The position numbers and the translations under genes are program-made. A stretch of DNA of 64,000 nt, from contig OZ220741.1 in NCBI GenBank assembly GCA_965116885.1, forward strand, positions 2,112,001 to 2,176,000, read 5' to 3'. How positions within the stretch are numbered: the first letter of the stretch is position 1; each line of letters opens with the position of its first letter. Under the pieces are notes generated by a model, which saw only the letters and a list, made by a program, of their open reading frames with translations, made no database searches and was not told the origin of the DNA. Positions 29,120 to 38,508 of the stretch are shown in pieces. This stretch comes from Candidatus Latescibacterota bacterium (lineage in GTDB: Bacteria; Latescibacterota; UBA2968).

Positions 29120-29245
29120 TGAACAGTCTGTACACCGTGTCGTCAATGCTTTTGAAGATAGTGGTTTTCTTCTCAAGGACATGCTCGCCTGGAAAAAAGG
29201 ATCGGCACACCATCGCGCTCAGAGGGTGAGCATTGTCTTTCAACT
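29120..29245 (+). pseudogene. Internal fragment resembling an N4/N6 DNA methyltransferase
   Basis: HRVVNAFEDSGFLLKDMLAWKKGSAHHRAQRVSIVF resembles beta-class amino-methyltransferase segments; no start or catalytic motifs. Confidence 0.45.
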
Positions 29246-29287
29246 ACCTGTTCATACTCGCTGCACTACGTTGTTGCTTTTGATTTT

Positions 29288-29328
29288 CATCCTGTTCATC
29301 CTTTAATCTTGCACATCCTGATTCTGAC
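29288..29328. repeat. Roughly 9-bp periodic CATCCTG-type intergenic repeat
   Basis: catcctgtt catccttta atcttgca catcctgat tctgac. Confidence 0.55.
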
Positions 29329-29360
29329 TATGGTTGCTTTTGCCTTTTTAGGATTTCTAC

Positions 29361-30131
29361 ATGCTTGTCGATTCACACGCGCATTTGATGTTTCCACAGT
29401 TCAAGAAGGATCTGGATGATCTGCTCGCCAGGGCGCGTGCCGCGGGGGTGGGGCAGATTGTGAATGTGGGTACAAATTTGGAGACAAGCTGTGCGGCTAT
29501 CGCGCTTGCTGAGGCAGAGGCTGATGTGTTTGCTTCGGCGGGGTTTCATCCGTCGGATTCTGCGAAGGCGGATGAGGTGGCTTTGAAAAAGCTGCCCGCG
29601 CTTTTGAAGCATCCCAGAATCGTTGCGGTTGGCGAGACGGGGTTGGATTTTTATCGCGATTACGCGCCGCGCGAGGTTCAGGAACGGGCGTTTCGGGCAC
29701 ATATTCGTCTGGCGAGAGAGATGGACTTGCCGTTGATTATGCACAGTCGGGGTGCTGAGACGCGGGTGTTGGACGTGTTGGAGGAAGAAGGTGGGTCAGA
29801 AGTGGGCGGTGTGATGCACTGTTTTGGCGGGGATGTCGAAGAAGCCAGGCGCGCGGTGGATCTCAATTTTTATCTGGGGTTTGGCGGTATTATTACTTTC
29901 AAAAATTCGGGTGCGTTGAAGGTCGCATTGGATGTGCCCGCTGAGCGATTGCTTTTGGAGACGGATTGTCCGTTTCTGGCACCGGCACCAAAACGCGGCA
30001 AGCGCAATGAACCGGCGTATGTACGCTATGTCGCCGAGTGTCTGGCCGATGCTGGATGGGGGGATACTGGAGATGTGTGTCGGCAGACGACGCAAAATGC
30101 TCAGGCTTTGTTTGGATTGGGATCAACGTGA
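29361..30131 (+). CDS. tatD: TatD-family hydrolase
   Basis: DSHAHL, GFHP, VGETGLD, MHSR, MHCF, LETDCPFLAP. Confidence 0.95.
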   Translation: MLVDSHAHLMFPQFKKDLDDLLARARAAGVGQIVNVGTNLETSCAAIALAEAEADVFASAGFHPSDSAKADEVALKKLPALLKHPRIVAVGETGLDFYRDYAPREVQERAFRAHIRLAREMDLPLIMHSRGAETRVLDVLEEEGGSEVGGVMHCFGGDVEEARRAVDLNFYLGFGGIITFKNSGALKVALDVPAERLLLETDCPFLAPAPKRGKRNEPAYVRYVAECLADAGWGDTGDVCRQTTQNAQALFGLGST

Positions 30132-30904
30132 AAACGAAGACGCGGCTGGGCCAGCATTTTCTCACAAATGGCGCAGCTATCGAGCGAATCGTAGAGGCTG
30201 CACAGATTGAGAAAGAGGATCTGGTCGTAGAAATTGGTCCCGGACGGGGTGCGTTGACGGGCCTTTTGGTTGCGCGGGCAGGTCAGGTGGTCGCTATTGA
30301 GATTGATGGGGCGTTGTGTGATTTGCTTTCTGATCAGTTTGGTTCGCGGTTAAAAATTGTGTCAGATGATGTGCGGCGGGTTAATTTGCCCGCACTTGTT
30401 GAAATTGAAAAACGAGAAAAGGCGGTTCTGGTGGGCAATTTGCCCTATCATATTACGGGCGCGCTCATCAGGCAAATTACGGATGCTCGAAGGGTTTGGA
30501 AACGCGCTGTGATTACAGTACAGCGCGAGGTGGGGCAACGCATGATCGCGCCGCCGGGTAGCAAAATATATGGCGTGTTGTCGGTTGTTACACAGGTGCG
30601 ATGTGTCGCAAAACGGTTGTTTGACCTGCCCCCCGCGCATTTTTATCCGCGGCCCAAAGTGCATTCTTCTGTGTTGATGCTGGATTTTGAAGCAAATTCT
30701 GCTTATGATATTGCAGATGAAAGGCGTTTGTTTGGCGTGGTGCGTGCCGCATTTCAGCAGCGGAGGAAGATGGTGCGCAACGCACTATCTGGTGTGGTAG
30801 ATGATGAGATTTTGAATGAAGCGAATATCGATGGTCGCGCGCGTCCCGAAACCATATCGATTGATGGATTTGAACGGATTTGTCGCGCATTGGCTGTGCG
30901 ATAG
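30128..30904 (+). CDS. rsmA: 16S rRNA dimethyladenosine transferase
   Basis: LGQHFL, EIGPGRG, GNLPY, PRPKVHS, QRRK; GTG start overlapping the tatD stop. Confidence 0.95.
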   Translation: MKTKTRLGQHFLTNGAAIERIVEAAQIEKEDLVVEIGPGRGALTGLLVARAGQVVAIEIDGALCDLLSDQFGSRLKIVSDDVRRVNLPALVEIEKREKAVLVGNLPYHITGALIRQITDARRVWKRAVITVQREVGQRMIAPPGSKIYGVLSVVTQVRCVAKRLFDLPPAHFYPRPKVHSSVLMLDFEANSAYDIADERRLFGVVRAAFQQRRKMVRNALSGVVDDEILNEANIDGRARPETISIDGFERICRALAVR

Positions 30905-30925
30905 TTTTATAGAAAGGGATTTCTT

Positions 30926-31846
30926 ATGCCCATTCCAAAGTCAGACAAGATCTGGTTTAATGGGAATTTTGTAGGTTGGGACGATGCCAAAATACACGTG
31001 CTGTCCCATGTGGTGCATTACGGTTCGAGTGTTTTTGAGGGGATACGGTGTTATCATACCGAAAGAGGACCGGCCTGTTTCAGGCTGCGAGATCATGTGA
31101 AGAGGCTCTACGATTCGGCCAAAATTTATCGCATGGAAATTCCCTATATGCAGGATGAACTGGAAGCGGCTATTTTGGAGACGATTCGCATAAATAAATT
31201 GCAAGCGTGTTATGTCAGGCCCGTGGTTTTTCGGGGATTTGGCGAGTTGGCTGTCAATCCAATGCCATGTCCGGTCGAGGTGGTGGTCGCGGTGTGGGAA
31301 TGGGGCAAGTACCTGGGGCCAGAGGCTCTGGAGAAAGGCGTGTCGGTCCGGTTTGCGTCGTGGAATCGCCTGGCGCCCAATACCATGCCTTCGCTGGCTA
31401 AGGTGGCGGCAAATTATATGAATGCACAACTGATCAAGATGGAGGCGATGGCCGATGGCTATGCCGAGGGCATTGCCCTGGATACACAGGGTTATGTGAG
31501 CGAAGGTAGCGGCGAGAATATTTTTATGGTGAAGAATGGGCAAATTTACACGCCATCTACCGGGTCGTCTATTTTGCCCGGTATTACGCGACATTCGGTT
31601 ATTACACTTGCCCGAGATTTGGGACATACGGTGACGGCGCGACCAATTCCAAGGGAGTCTCTGTACATTGCGGACGAGGTATTTTTTACGGGTAGTGCAG
31701 CAGAGATCACACCGATCACGGCTATTGACCATATCAAAATTGGCTGTGGTTCTCGGGGTGAGATCACAAAGAAGTTGCAGGATGCCTTTTTTGCCGTTGT
31801 GGAAGGGCGTGCGGAAGATAAGTGGGGCTGGTTGACGTATGTTTGA
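30926..31846 (+). CDS. ilvE: Branched-chain amino acid aminotransferase
   Basis: [43 protein letters not shown]. Confidence 0.96.
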   Translation: MPIPKSDKIWFNGNFVGWDDAKIHVLSHVVHYGSSVFEGIRCYHTERGPACFRLRDHVKRLYDSAKIYRMEIPYMQDELEAAILETIRINKLQACYVRPVVFRGFGELAVNPMPCPVEVVVAVWEWGKYLGPEALEKGVSVRFASWNRLAPNTMPSLAKVAANYMNAQLIKMEAMADGYAEGIALDTQGYVSEGSGENIFMVKNGQIYTPSTGSSILPGITRHSVITLARDLGHTVTARPIPRESLYIADEVFFTGSAAEITPITAIDHIKIGCGSRGEITKKLQDAFFAVVEGRAEDKWGWLTYV

Positions 31847-31874
31847 TGAGGAAAGACGAAAAAAGCTGGTTGCT

Positions 31875-32681
31875 ATGAAAAATAAAAAAATCGCTGTTAT
31901 TGGTGCAGGCAATATGGGGGGCGCGCTGATGGCCGGTTGGATTCGGTCGGGAGAGATCGCGCCTGAAAATATCACGGCGGTGGATCTGATTGCTGAGGTA
32001 TTGGATCAGAGAAGGCGCGAGTTGGGTGTCCATGTTGCGGCAGATGCACGCGAAGTGGTGGGCCTTCAGGATATTGTGGTGTTGGGTGTGAAGCCTCAGT
32101 TTTGGAAGCAAACCGTTGTGGGATTTCGGGATTTGTTGCACAGCGATCAAGTGATTATTTCTTTTATGGCGGGTGTGCGAATTGCGGCACTGGAAGCGGA
32201 ATTGGGCGCGCTGCCCGTCGTTCGCGTGATGCCCAATGTGCTGGCGCAGGTTGGTGCTGCGGGTTCGGGCGTGTGCGCTGGTACGCATGTGGGTGAAGAG
32301 CAACTGAATCTGGCGCTGTCTCTGTTCAACGCGGTTGGTGCGGCGGTCGTTGTTTCAGAATCACAGATGGATGCGGTGACTGGACTTGCAGGCAGTGGAC
32401 CTGCATATGTGTACGCGGTAATTGATGCGCTGGCAGATGGCGGGGTGCGGTCTGGCTTGTCAAAAGATATGGCTTTGACACTGGCGACTCAGACTGTGCT
32501 TGGGGCTGCGCGTATGGTTGCCGAGAGCGGCGAGCATCCGGCGATTTTGAAAGATCAGGTGACGTCGGCGGGCGGAACGACTATTGCGGGTTTGCACGCG
32601 CTGGAGCAGGGCGGTTTGCGCGCCGCTTTGATGGATGCTGTTTTGGCTGCAACGGAGCGGTCGAGCGCATTGGGGGAGTGA
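31875..32681 (+). CDS. proC: Pyrroline-5-carboxylate reductase
   Basis: GAGNMG, VKPQ, RVMPN, GSGPAY, VTSAGGTT. Confidence 0.96.
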   Translation: MKNKKIAVIGAGNMGGALMAGWIRSGEIAPENITAVDLIAEVLDQRRRELGVHVAADAREVVGLQDIVVLGVKPQFWKQTVVGFRDLLHSDQVIISFMAGVRIAALEAELGALPVVRVMPNVLAQVGAAGSGVCAGTHVGEEQLNLALSLFNAVGAAVVVSESQMDAVTGLAGSGPAYVYAVIDALADGGVRSGLSKDMALTLATQTVLGAARMVAESGEHPAILKDQVTSAGGTTIAGLHALEQGGLRAALMDAVLAATERSSALGE

Positions 32682-32682
32682 G

Positions 32683-33285
32683 ATGATTGCGATTGTCAAT
32701 TACGGGATGGGGAATTTGCGAAGTGTTCAAAAGGCGTTTGAACACGTTGGTGCGAAGGCTGTTATTGTCGATAGACCCGAGGATATCGATACCGCTGAGC
32801 GCATTGTGCTTCCCGGCGTTGGGGCATTTGGCGATGCGATGAACAATCTGAAAACAGCGGGATTGATTGCGCCCATTGTAGGGGCTATTTCAGAAGGCCG
32901 ACCTTTTTTGGGCATTTGTTTGGGATTGCAATTGATGTTTGCCGAGAGTGAAGAAATGGGGCAGCACAGGGGATTGGACATTTTGCCGGGCAAAGTGAAG
33001 CGTTTTCCCGAAGGGCAGCGCGTTCCGCAAATTGGGTGGAATGAGGTGCGAATTCAGCGCGAGACAGCACTTCTGTATGGCGTGCCCGACAGGTCTTATT
33101 TTTATTTTGTCCATTCTTTTTTTGTGGCGTCTGAGCGAGATGAAGATGTGGTGGGGGTAACGGATTACGGGATTGATTATGCGTCAATTGCCGGAAATGA
33201 TCGGGCTTTTGGCGTGCAGTTTCACCCCGAGAAAAGTCAGGATGCGGGCTTGAAAATTTTGAAGAATTTTGCGGAGAAGGTGTAG
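32683..33285 (+). CDS. hisH: Imidazole glycerol phosphate synthase, glutaminase subunit
   Basis: YGMGNLRSV, PGVGAF, GICLG, YFVHS, QFHPEKS. Confidence 0.96.
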   Translation: MIAIVNYGMGNLRSVQKAFEHVGAKAVIVDRPEDIDTAERIVLPGVGAFGDAMNNLKTAGLIAPIVGAISEGRPFLGICLGLQLMFAESEEMGQHRGLDILPGKVKRFPEGQRVPQIGWNEVRIQRETALLYGVPDRSYFYFVHSFFVASERDEDVVGVTDYGIDYASIAGNDRAFGVQFHPEKSQDAGLKILKNFAEKV

Positions 33286-33286
33286 G

Positions 33287-34084
33287 ATGCTGGCCAGGCG
33301 AATTATTCCGTGTTTAGATGTGAAAAACGGTCGCAATGTGCGCGGGGTCAGGTTTTCAGCCGATAAAGACGCTGGCGACCCCATTGAACTCGCGAAACGC
33401 TATGATGCAGAAGGTGCCGATGAACTGGTGTTTTACGATATTACGGCATCGGCGGAGAAGCGCGATATTGTCGGCAAACTCGTGCGGCGCGTATCCGAAG
33501 AGGTGTTTATTCCCTTTACGGTTGGCGGGGGCGTTCGCACGTATCGGGATATTCGCACAATTATCGAAGGGGGTGCAGAAAAAGCGTCGATTAATTCGGC
33601 TGCTGTGCATACGCCTGAAATTATTACGCAAGGGGCTGAAAGTTTTGGGTCGCAGGCAATTGTGGGGTCAATTGATGCAATTCGACGGCCGAGTTCCAAT
33701 CAGACAGAGGATGTGTGCTGGGAAGTAGTTATCAATGGCGGGCGCACATATACTGGACGAGATGCCCTCGAATGGGCTGAAGAACTGGTGGAGCGCGGCG
33801 CGGGCGAACTGGTTTTGAACAGCATTGATGCGGACGGTACAAAAGATGGATACGATATTGAGTTAAATCGCATGATTGCCGAGCGCGTGGATGTGCCGAT
33901 TGTGGCGTCTGGGGGTGCTGGGGGGCCAGAGGATATGTACGCGGTGTTGTCGGAAGGCAAGGCGAGCGCGGCACTGGCTGCGTCGATTTTTCACTACAAT
34001 CAATACAGTATTGCGGAAGTCAAAACGTATCTCGCAGAACGCGGGGTCCCGGTGCGCCCCAGGATCGAAATTGATTTGACATGA
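33287..34084 (+). CDS. hisF: Imidazole glycerol phosphate synthase, cyclase subunit
   Basis: [42 protein letters not shown]. Confidence 0.96.
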   Translation: MLARRIIPCLDVKNGRNVRGVRFSADKDAGDPIELAKRYDAEGADELVFYDITASAEKRDIVGKLVRRVSEEVFIPFTVGGGVRTYRDIRTIIEGGAEKASINSAAVHTPEIITQGAESFGSQAIVGSIDAIRRPSSNQTEDVCWEVVINGGRTYTGRDALEWAEELVERGAGELVLNSIDADGTKDGYDIELNRMIAERVDVPIVASGGAGGPEDMYAVLSEGKASAALAASIFHYNQYSIAEVKTYLAERGVPVRPRIEIDLT

Positions 34085-35238
34085 GTGGGATAAAAGAACA
34101 CGAAATTGATCGCAGAGCTTTACTTGCCGATGTGCGGCGGGTGGTGGTAAAATTGGGTACGCGAGTGGTGACGGCAGATAGCAATACATTGAATGTTGCG
34201 GTGATTGATCGCCTGGCCGCTGATGTGGCGTCTTTGATCGCACGCGGTTTACAGGTGGCAATTGTGACATCCGGAGCCGTTGGTGCTGGCATGGGGCAAT
34301 TGGGGTTGCGTAATCGACCGAGGCGTTTGGCCGATTTGCAAGCTACGGCTGCGGTGGGACAGGGACTGGTGATGGATGCTTACAAACGGGCATTTGAAGC
34401 ACACGGTGTTTCGGTGGGGCAGGTGCTGTTGACATCGGATGATCTGGACAATCGCACGCGGTATGTAAATGCGCGCAATACACTATATCAATTGTTTCGG
34501 TATGGTGTTGTGCCTGTTGTCAATGAGAACGACAGCGTGGCGGTGGAAGAATTGCAATTGTCTGTGGGTGAAAATGATCGCCTCTCCGCTATGGTGTCAC
34601 ATCTGGTAGATGCGGATATGCTGGTGTTGTTGACCGATGTCGATGGGTTGTTTTCAAGCGATCCCGCAAAAAATCCAAACGCACAATTGGTTCGGTTGGT
34701 ACGCGGGATGCCCGAAGAACTCTACGCCTCTGTGGGGTCTTCGGGGGGTACTCTGGGGCGCGGAGGAATGCGCACAAAACTCAGGGCAGCCGAGGCCGTG
34801 ATGCAAGGTGGGCAGATGGCGGTGATTGCAAATGGATGTACAAACGGTTTGCGCGAAATTTTGGATGGGGTAGATTGCGGCACGTTATTTGTGGCGGATA
34901 ATCGCAGTTTGAACAGCAGAGATTTGTGGTTGGCGCATTCCCGAAAGCGAGGGTGTGTGGTTGTAGATGATGGCGCAGTAGTTGCTTTGAGCGATGGGGG
35001 CAAAAGTTTGTTGCCTTCGGGTATTATCCGCGTTATTGGCGATTTTGAAGTTGGTGAACTCATTGGTGTTGAATCGGAACAACGCGTTGAGATCGCGCGC
35101 GGTTTAACGCGATTTGGTGCCGATGATGTGCGACGTATTCGCGGAAAAAAAACGCCAGAGATTGTAGAAATTCTCGGGATCGACAACGGCGCGGTGGTTA
35201 TCCATCGGGATGATATGGTGGTGTTAAATCGGAGGTAG
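34081..35238 (+). CDS. proB: Glutamate 5-kinase with PUA domain
   Basis: VVKLGT, TSGAV, NENDSV, GGMRTK, SLLPSGI. Confidence 0.96.
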   Translation: MSGIKEHEIDRRALLADVRRVVVKLGTRVVTADSNTLNVAVIDRLAADVASLIARGLQVAIVTSGAVGAGMGQLGLRNRPRRLADLQATAAVGQGLVMDAYKRAFEAHGVSVGQVLLTSDDLDNRTRYVNARNTLYQLFRYGVVPVVNENDSVAVEELQLSVGENDRLSAMVSHLVDADMLVLLTDVDGLFSSDPAKNPNAQLVRLVRGMPEELYASVGSSGGTLGRGGMRTKLRAAEAVMQGGQMAVIANGCTNGLREILDGVDCGTLFVADNRSLNSRDLWLAHSRKRGCVVVDDGAVVALSDGGKSLLPSGIIRVIGDFEVGELIGVESEQRVEIARGLTRFGADDVRRIRGKKTPEIVEILGIDNGAVVIHRDDMVVLNRR

Positions 35239-35270
35239 AAAAACCGACAATTGGCTTTGGAGATTGTGTT

Positions 35271-35639
35271 ATGCGCTCATTTTATCGGGGACAAAGTACG
35301 GTATTGCCGGAAAATAGTCCGATGTTACCGGGAAGTGCAAGGCGACGCCTGAATAAATTTTTAATATTTGCACCCGTGGTGCTTTCCCTTTATTTGTTTT
35401 TTGCAGGAGATAGTGGGATTTTTCAACTCGTAATGCGCGAGCAGCAAATTGCCGCATTGAAAGGGGAGATTGCAACTATTCGCCAGCAGAATGCGGGGTT
35501 GGAGCGCGAGGTAAAGTTGCTGGAAAATAATTTGGGTGAAATTGAACGCATTGCTCGAGAGCGCTATGGCATGGTGTATCCCAATGAATCGATTTATATG
35601 GTCTATCCCAATCCACCAACAGCATTGGAGTCGCCGTGA
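35271..35639 (+). CDS. Septum formation initiator FtsB/DivIC family
   Basis: TM helix plus coiled coil plus ERIARERYGMVYPNE. Confidence 0.85.
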   Translation: MRSFYRGQSTVLPENSPMLPGSARRRLNKFLIFAPVVLSLYLFFAGDSGIFQLVMREQQIAALKGEIATIRQQNAGLEREVKLLENNLGEIERIARERYGMVYPNESIYMVYPNPPTALESP

Positions 35640-36421
35640 TTTGCCATACCGATGGATTGGTGTTGCGCGGTTTTCGCATGAGTGAAAGCAGCAAGGTTGT
35701 GGTGCTGTTTTCTCGCGATTACGGCAAATTGCGTCTGGTCGCCAAAGGGGCGCGACGGCCCAAAAGTAAATTTGGTGCGAGCCTTGAACCCATGACGTGG
35801 GGGCGTTATGTTTTTTATCGGCAGGATAATCGAGAGTTGCAAATATTGAGCGAAGGCGATATTGCACACGCATTTGAACCGGTAAAACAACACTACGGTC
35901 GAATGGCAGCCGGAAGCGCGATATGCGAATTTCTGGATCATATTACCGAAGATGAAGACCGCAATCCACTTTTGTTTAGTATTGCACTTGAAGCCATGCG
36001 ATGGGTGGGGAGCATTGCCGAAATAGCGCTGGATGTACCGGTGTGGTATTTCCAGATTCGCGCTGCGGGTGTGGTGGGGTATCGTCCCCATATGAGTGGG
36101 TGTGTTCAATGTGGTACGCGGCTTCAGGGGCACCGCCTGGGGTTCAGCCCCAGCCTGGGCGGTACTCTGTGTGACAAGCACGCAGGAGCGGGCATGCGCG
36201 TGCAGTTCGAGACGGTAAATTTTATGGCGCATCTACAGGTGGGACGTCCTGACCGCATTGACCTTTCCCTCTTGCGGGGTGTAAATCGCGCAGAGGTGAC
36301 GCGAATATTGCGCGCATTTTTTGACCAACACATCGAATCGCGCTATCGCCCAAAGGCACTGGATTTTTTTGAACGCTTAAGGGCAGCAGAACCTGCGTTG
36401 CCTTATCGCGCAGGGGTATAG
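35636..36421 (+). CDS. recO: DNA repair protein RecO
   Basis: GLVLR...ESSK, AKGARRPKS, CVQCG...LC zinc motif. Confidence 0.93.
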   Translation: MICHTDGLVLRGFRMSESSKVVVLFSRDYGKLRLVAKGARRPKSKFGASLEPMTWGRYVFYRQDNRELQILSEGDIAHAFEPVKQHYGRMAAGSAICEFLDHITEDEDRNPLLFSIALEAMRWVGSIAEIALDVPVWYFQIRAAGVVGYRPHMSGCVQCGTRLQGHRLGFSPSLGGTLCDKHAGAGMRVQFETVNFMAHLQVGRPDRIDLSLLRGVNRAEVTRILRAFFDQHIESRYRPKALDFFERLRAAEPALPYRAGV

Positions 36422-36429
36422 GACTTGTC

Positions 36430-36960
36430 ATGAATCGACTTCTACAGCGATGGTTGGAGCGCGAAAAGCCACTATTTTCCAAATTGCGCGCCATTCCACT
36501 ATTTCGAGAACTGAACCGCCGGGAGTTGCAGGCGGTAGTGGAATTTATAGAAATTCGCAAGTATTCAACGGGCGATGTCGTTTTTGAACAGGGTGATCCG
36601 GGAGATGGGGTTTACGTGGTGTTAAAAGGATGTGTAGAGGTGTTTCAGAAGGATGGCGAAGCCGGCGAGAAAGTGCTGCTTGCCCAATCTGGATCCGGTT
36701 CCTTTTTGGGGGAAATTGCACTTTTGGAAGATGCGCCGAGAACAGCAGCAGCAGTGTCAGTAGAAGATACAAAAATGGCACTTTTCCCGCGAGACGCATT
36801 GTATCAATTGGCGGAACAACGACCGCATTTGGGAGTAAAAATTGCCATTCAACTCGCGCGGATTGTCGCGGAGCGATTGCGGCAGACCAATCACAGTTTG
36901 CAGGTTGCCCAAGATGAACTGGCGGTAAAACAAAAAGAGGACGGAGAAGACGAGTCATGA
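36430..36960 (+). CDS. Cyclic nucleotide-binding domain protein
   Basis: FEQGDPGD, GEIALL, PRTA. Confidence 0.9.
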   Translation: MNRLLQRWLEREKPLFSKLRAIPLFRELNRRELQAVVEFIEIRKYSTGDVVFEQGDPGDGVYVVLKGCVEVFQKDGEAGEKVLLAQSGSGSFLGEIALLEDAPRTAAAVSVEDTKMALFPRDALYQLAEQRPHLGVKIAIQLARIVAERLRQTNHSLQVAQDELAVKQKEDGEDES

Positions 36961-38495
36961 ATGAACCCTCTTCAGGTGGCCTGGGTACTGCTCAGATTTT
37001 GCGTATTGTGATTTTTTTGGGCCTCATCGTTGTGATGGTCTGGTTGCTATATACTATTCGAAGTACGCTGGTCCCTTTTTTTATTGCATTTGTGCTGTCG
37101 TATTTTCTCATGCCCGTGGTTGATTTTCTCGAATCGCACCGCTTAAATCGTTTTATCGCCGTGGTTGTCGTCTTGCTGGCTGTTTTTGCAATTGTGGTCA
37201 TTCCGCTTATTGTGGTCGCGCCTATGATTGTGCGCGGTACGGAGGATATGGTCAAGAGCATTATTGGTGAGCAGGGTACATGGTACTGTGTGGTGGAAAA
37301 TACGGGCGATGATGTGGTGAAGATTGATCGGTTTGAGAGCGAACTCGAAGATTTTAAGGTTGATGGCTTGCCCCTGGAATTGACACCCGGTGGAGGAGAC
37401 GCGGAATCCGCTGCCCCACAGGCCAACCCAAAAGTGGTCGGTAGGCGAGATACACTGCGCGTGGTATTTTCTCCACAAGCGGATGAACCGCGCCGGGCGT
37501 CTTTGAGGTTGTACGGTTCGTCTGGCAGCCGGGAAGATTCTATTGTGTTGACGCTTAGAGGGAATATGGAGGATGTGTCATCGGTTTCGGATACAATGGC
37601 TTCGGTTCAATTTGGCACATCTAAAATTTTAATTTCGGCGACAAAACATGCGTTTGGCAAATACAAGCCCAGTTCTTTGATGGCACTCAAGTCAGTTTAT
37701 GAAACTACATTCCTGCCGTGGCTGAAATCAGCTCAGACCTATCTCGAAGAAATTTTGCCAATGCTTAAGGGCCGCGATTGGGAGGAAGAAATTTTGCCAA
37801 TGCTCAAGGGCCGCGATTGGATACAGGCCGCGAATCAGTACCTGCAAAACGTTGTGACAATTTTGCTTAAGGAAACTCCCGGATTGGTCGGGCAATTGCT
37901 ATCGGGACTTACCTTGTTCATCATTGTGCCTTTTGCTTTATTCTTTTTTTTAGCAGAGGGCAGAACGATCAAGCGTGCGATTATCGAGCAGGTGCCAAAT
38001 CGATATTTTGAGCTGTTATTAAATTTGCTGCATCGCATTGACAGGCAATTGGGGAGCTATATGCGCGGTATGGTGTTATCTGTAATAATTGTTTCGCTTC
38101 TGTCAAGTACCGGACTTTATATCATCGGTCTGGAACATTTTTTGGTGATTGGTATTCTCGCTGGTTTGGCCAATGTAATTCCCTATATGGGACCTGCGAT
38201 TGGGATTATTGCCGGTGTTGTTGCCGCTGTATTGCAATATTCTGCGCTGAGTTTTGGTGTGGTTATTCCAGTAATTATAGTGTTTGCGATCGTTCAACTC
38301 GTAGATAATGTTTTTGTCGCTCCTATGGTGGTTGGGCGCAGTGTTAATTTGCATCCTCTGCTCGTTATTTTTGCGGTGTTCGTTGGCAGCGAGTTGTTTG
38401 GTGCAGTTGGCATGTTATTGGCCGTGCCCACAACCGCGGTGATTAAAGTATCTGTGCGGACGATTTATGAGGGGTGGCGGAGTTATTCGGTTTAG
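36957..38495 (+). CDS. AI-2E (PerM/UPF0118) family membrane protein with inserted Ig-like domain
   Basis: PFFIAFVLSYFLMPVV, NVIPYMG, VQLVDN...P, LHPL, LLAVP; soluble insertion of about 130 aa. Confidence 0.85.
   Translation: MNEPSSGGLGTAQILRIVIFLGLIVVMVWLLYTIRSTLVPFFIAFVLSYFLMPVVDFLESHRLNRFIAVVVVLLAVFAIVVIPLIVVAPMIVRGTEDMVKSIIGEQGTWYCVVENTGDDVVKIDRFESELEDFKVDGLPLELTPGGGDAESAAPQANPKVVGRRDTLRVVFSPQADEPRRASLRLYGSSGSREDSIVLTLRGNMEDVSSVSDTMASVQFGTSKILISATKHAFGKYKPSSLMALKSVYETTFLPWLKSAQTYLEEILPMLKGRDWEEEILPMLKGRDWIQAANQYLQNVVTILLKETPGLVGQLLSGLTLFIIVPFALFFFLAEGRTIKRAIIEQVPNRYFELLLNLLHRIDRQLGSYMRGMVLSVIIVSLLSSTGLYIIGLEHFLVIGILAGLANVIPYMGPAIGIIAGVVAAVLQYSALSFGVVIPVIIVFAIVQLVDNVFVAPMVVGRSVNLHPLLVIFAVFVGSELFGAVGMLLAVPTTAVIKVSVRTIYEGWRSYSV
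37746..37820 (+). repeat. In-frame 39-bp-period tandem duplication
   Basis: gaagaaattttgccaatgct[t/c]aagggccgcgattgg twice (EEILPMLKGRDW x2), one synonymous difference. Confidence 0.95.
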
Positions 38496-38508
38496 GAAAG
38501 AAGGAGTA

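Noticed and set aside
28920..29306. 128-aa ORF as a real gene
   Set aside because: It overlaps hicA out of frame, crosses the attC-like site and looks like a chimera of fragments (EKKIH...EWF T5orf172-like piece, MTase-like piece, repeat-derived tail)
21078..29328. CRISPR array from the short repeats
   Set aside because: Repeat units are 6-9 bp without unique spacers; no cas genes
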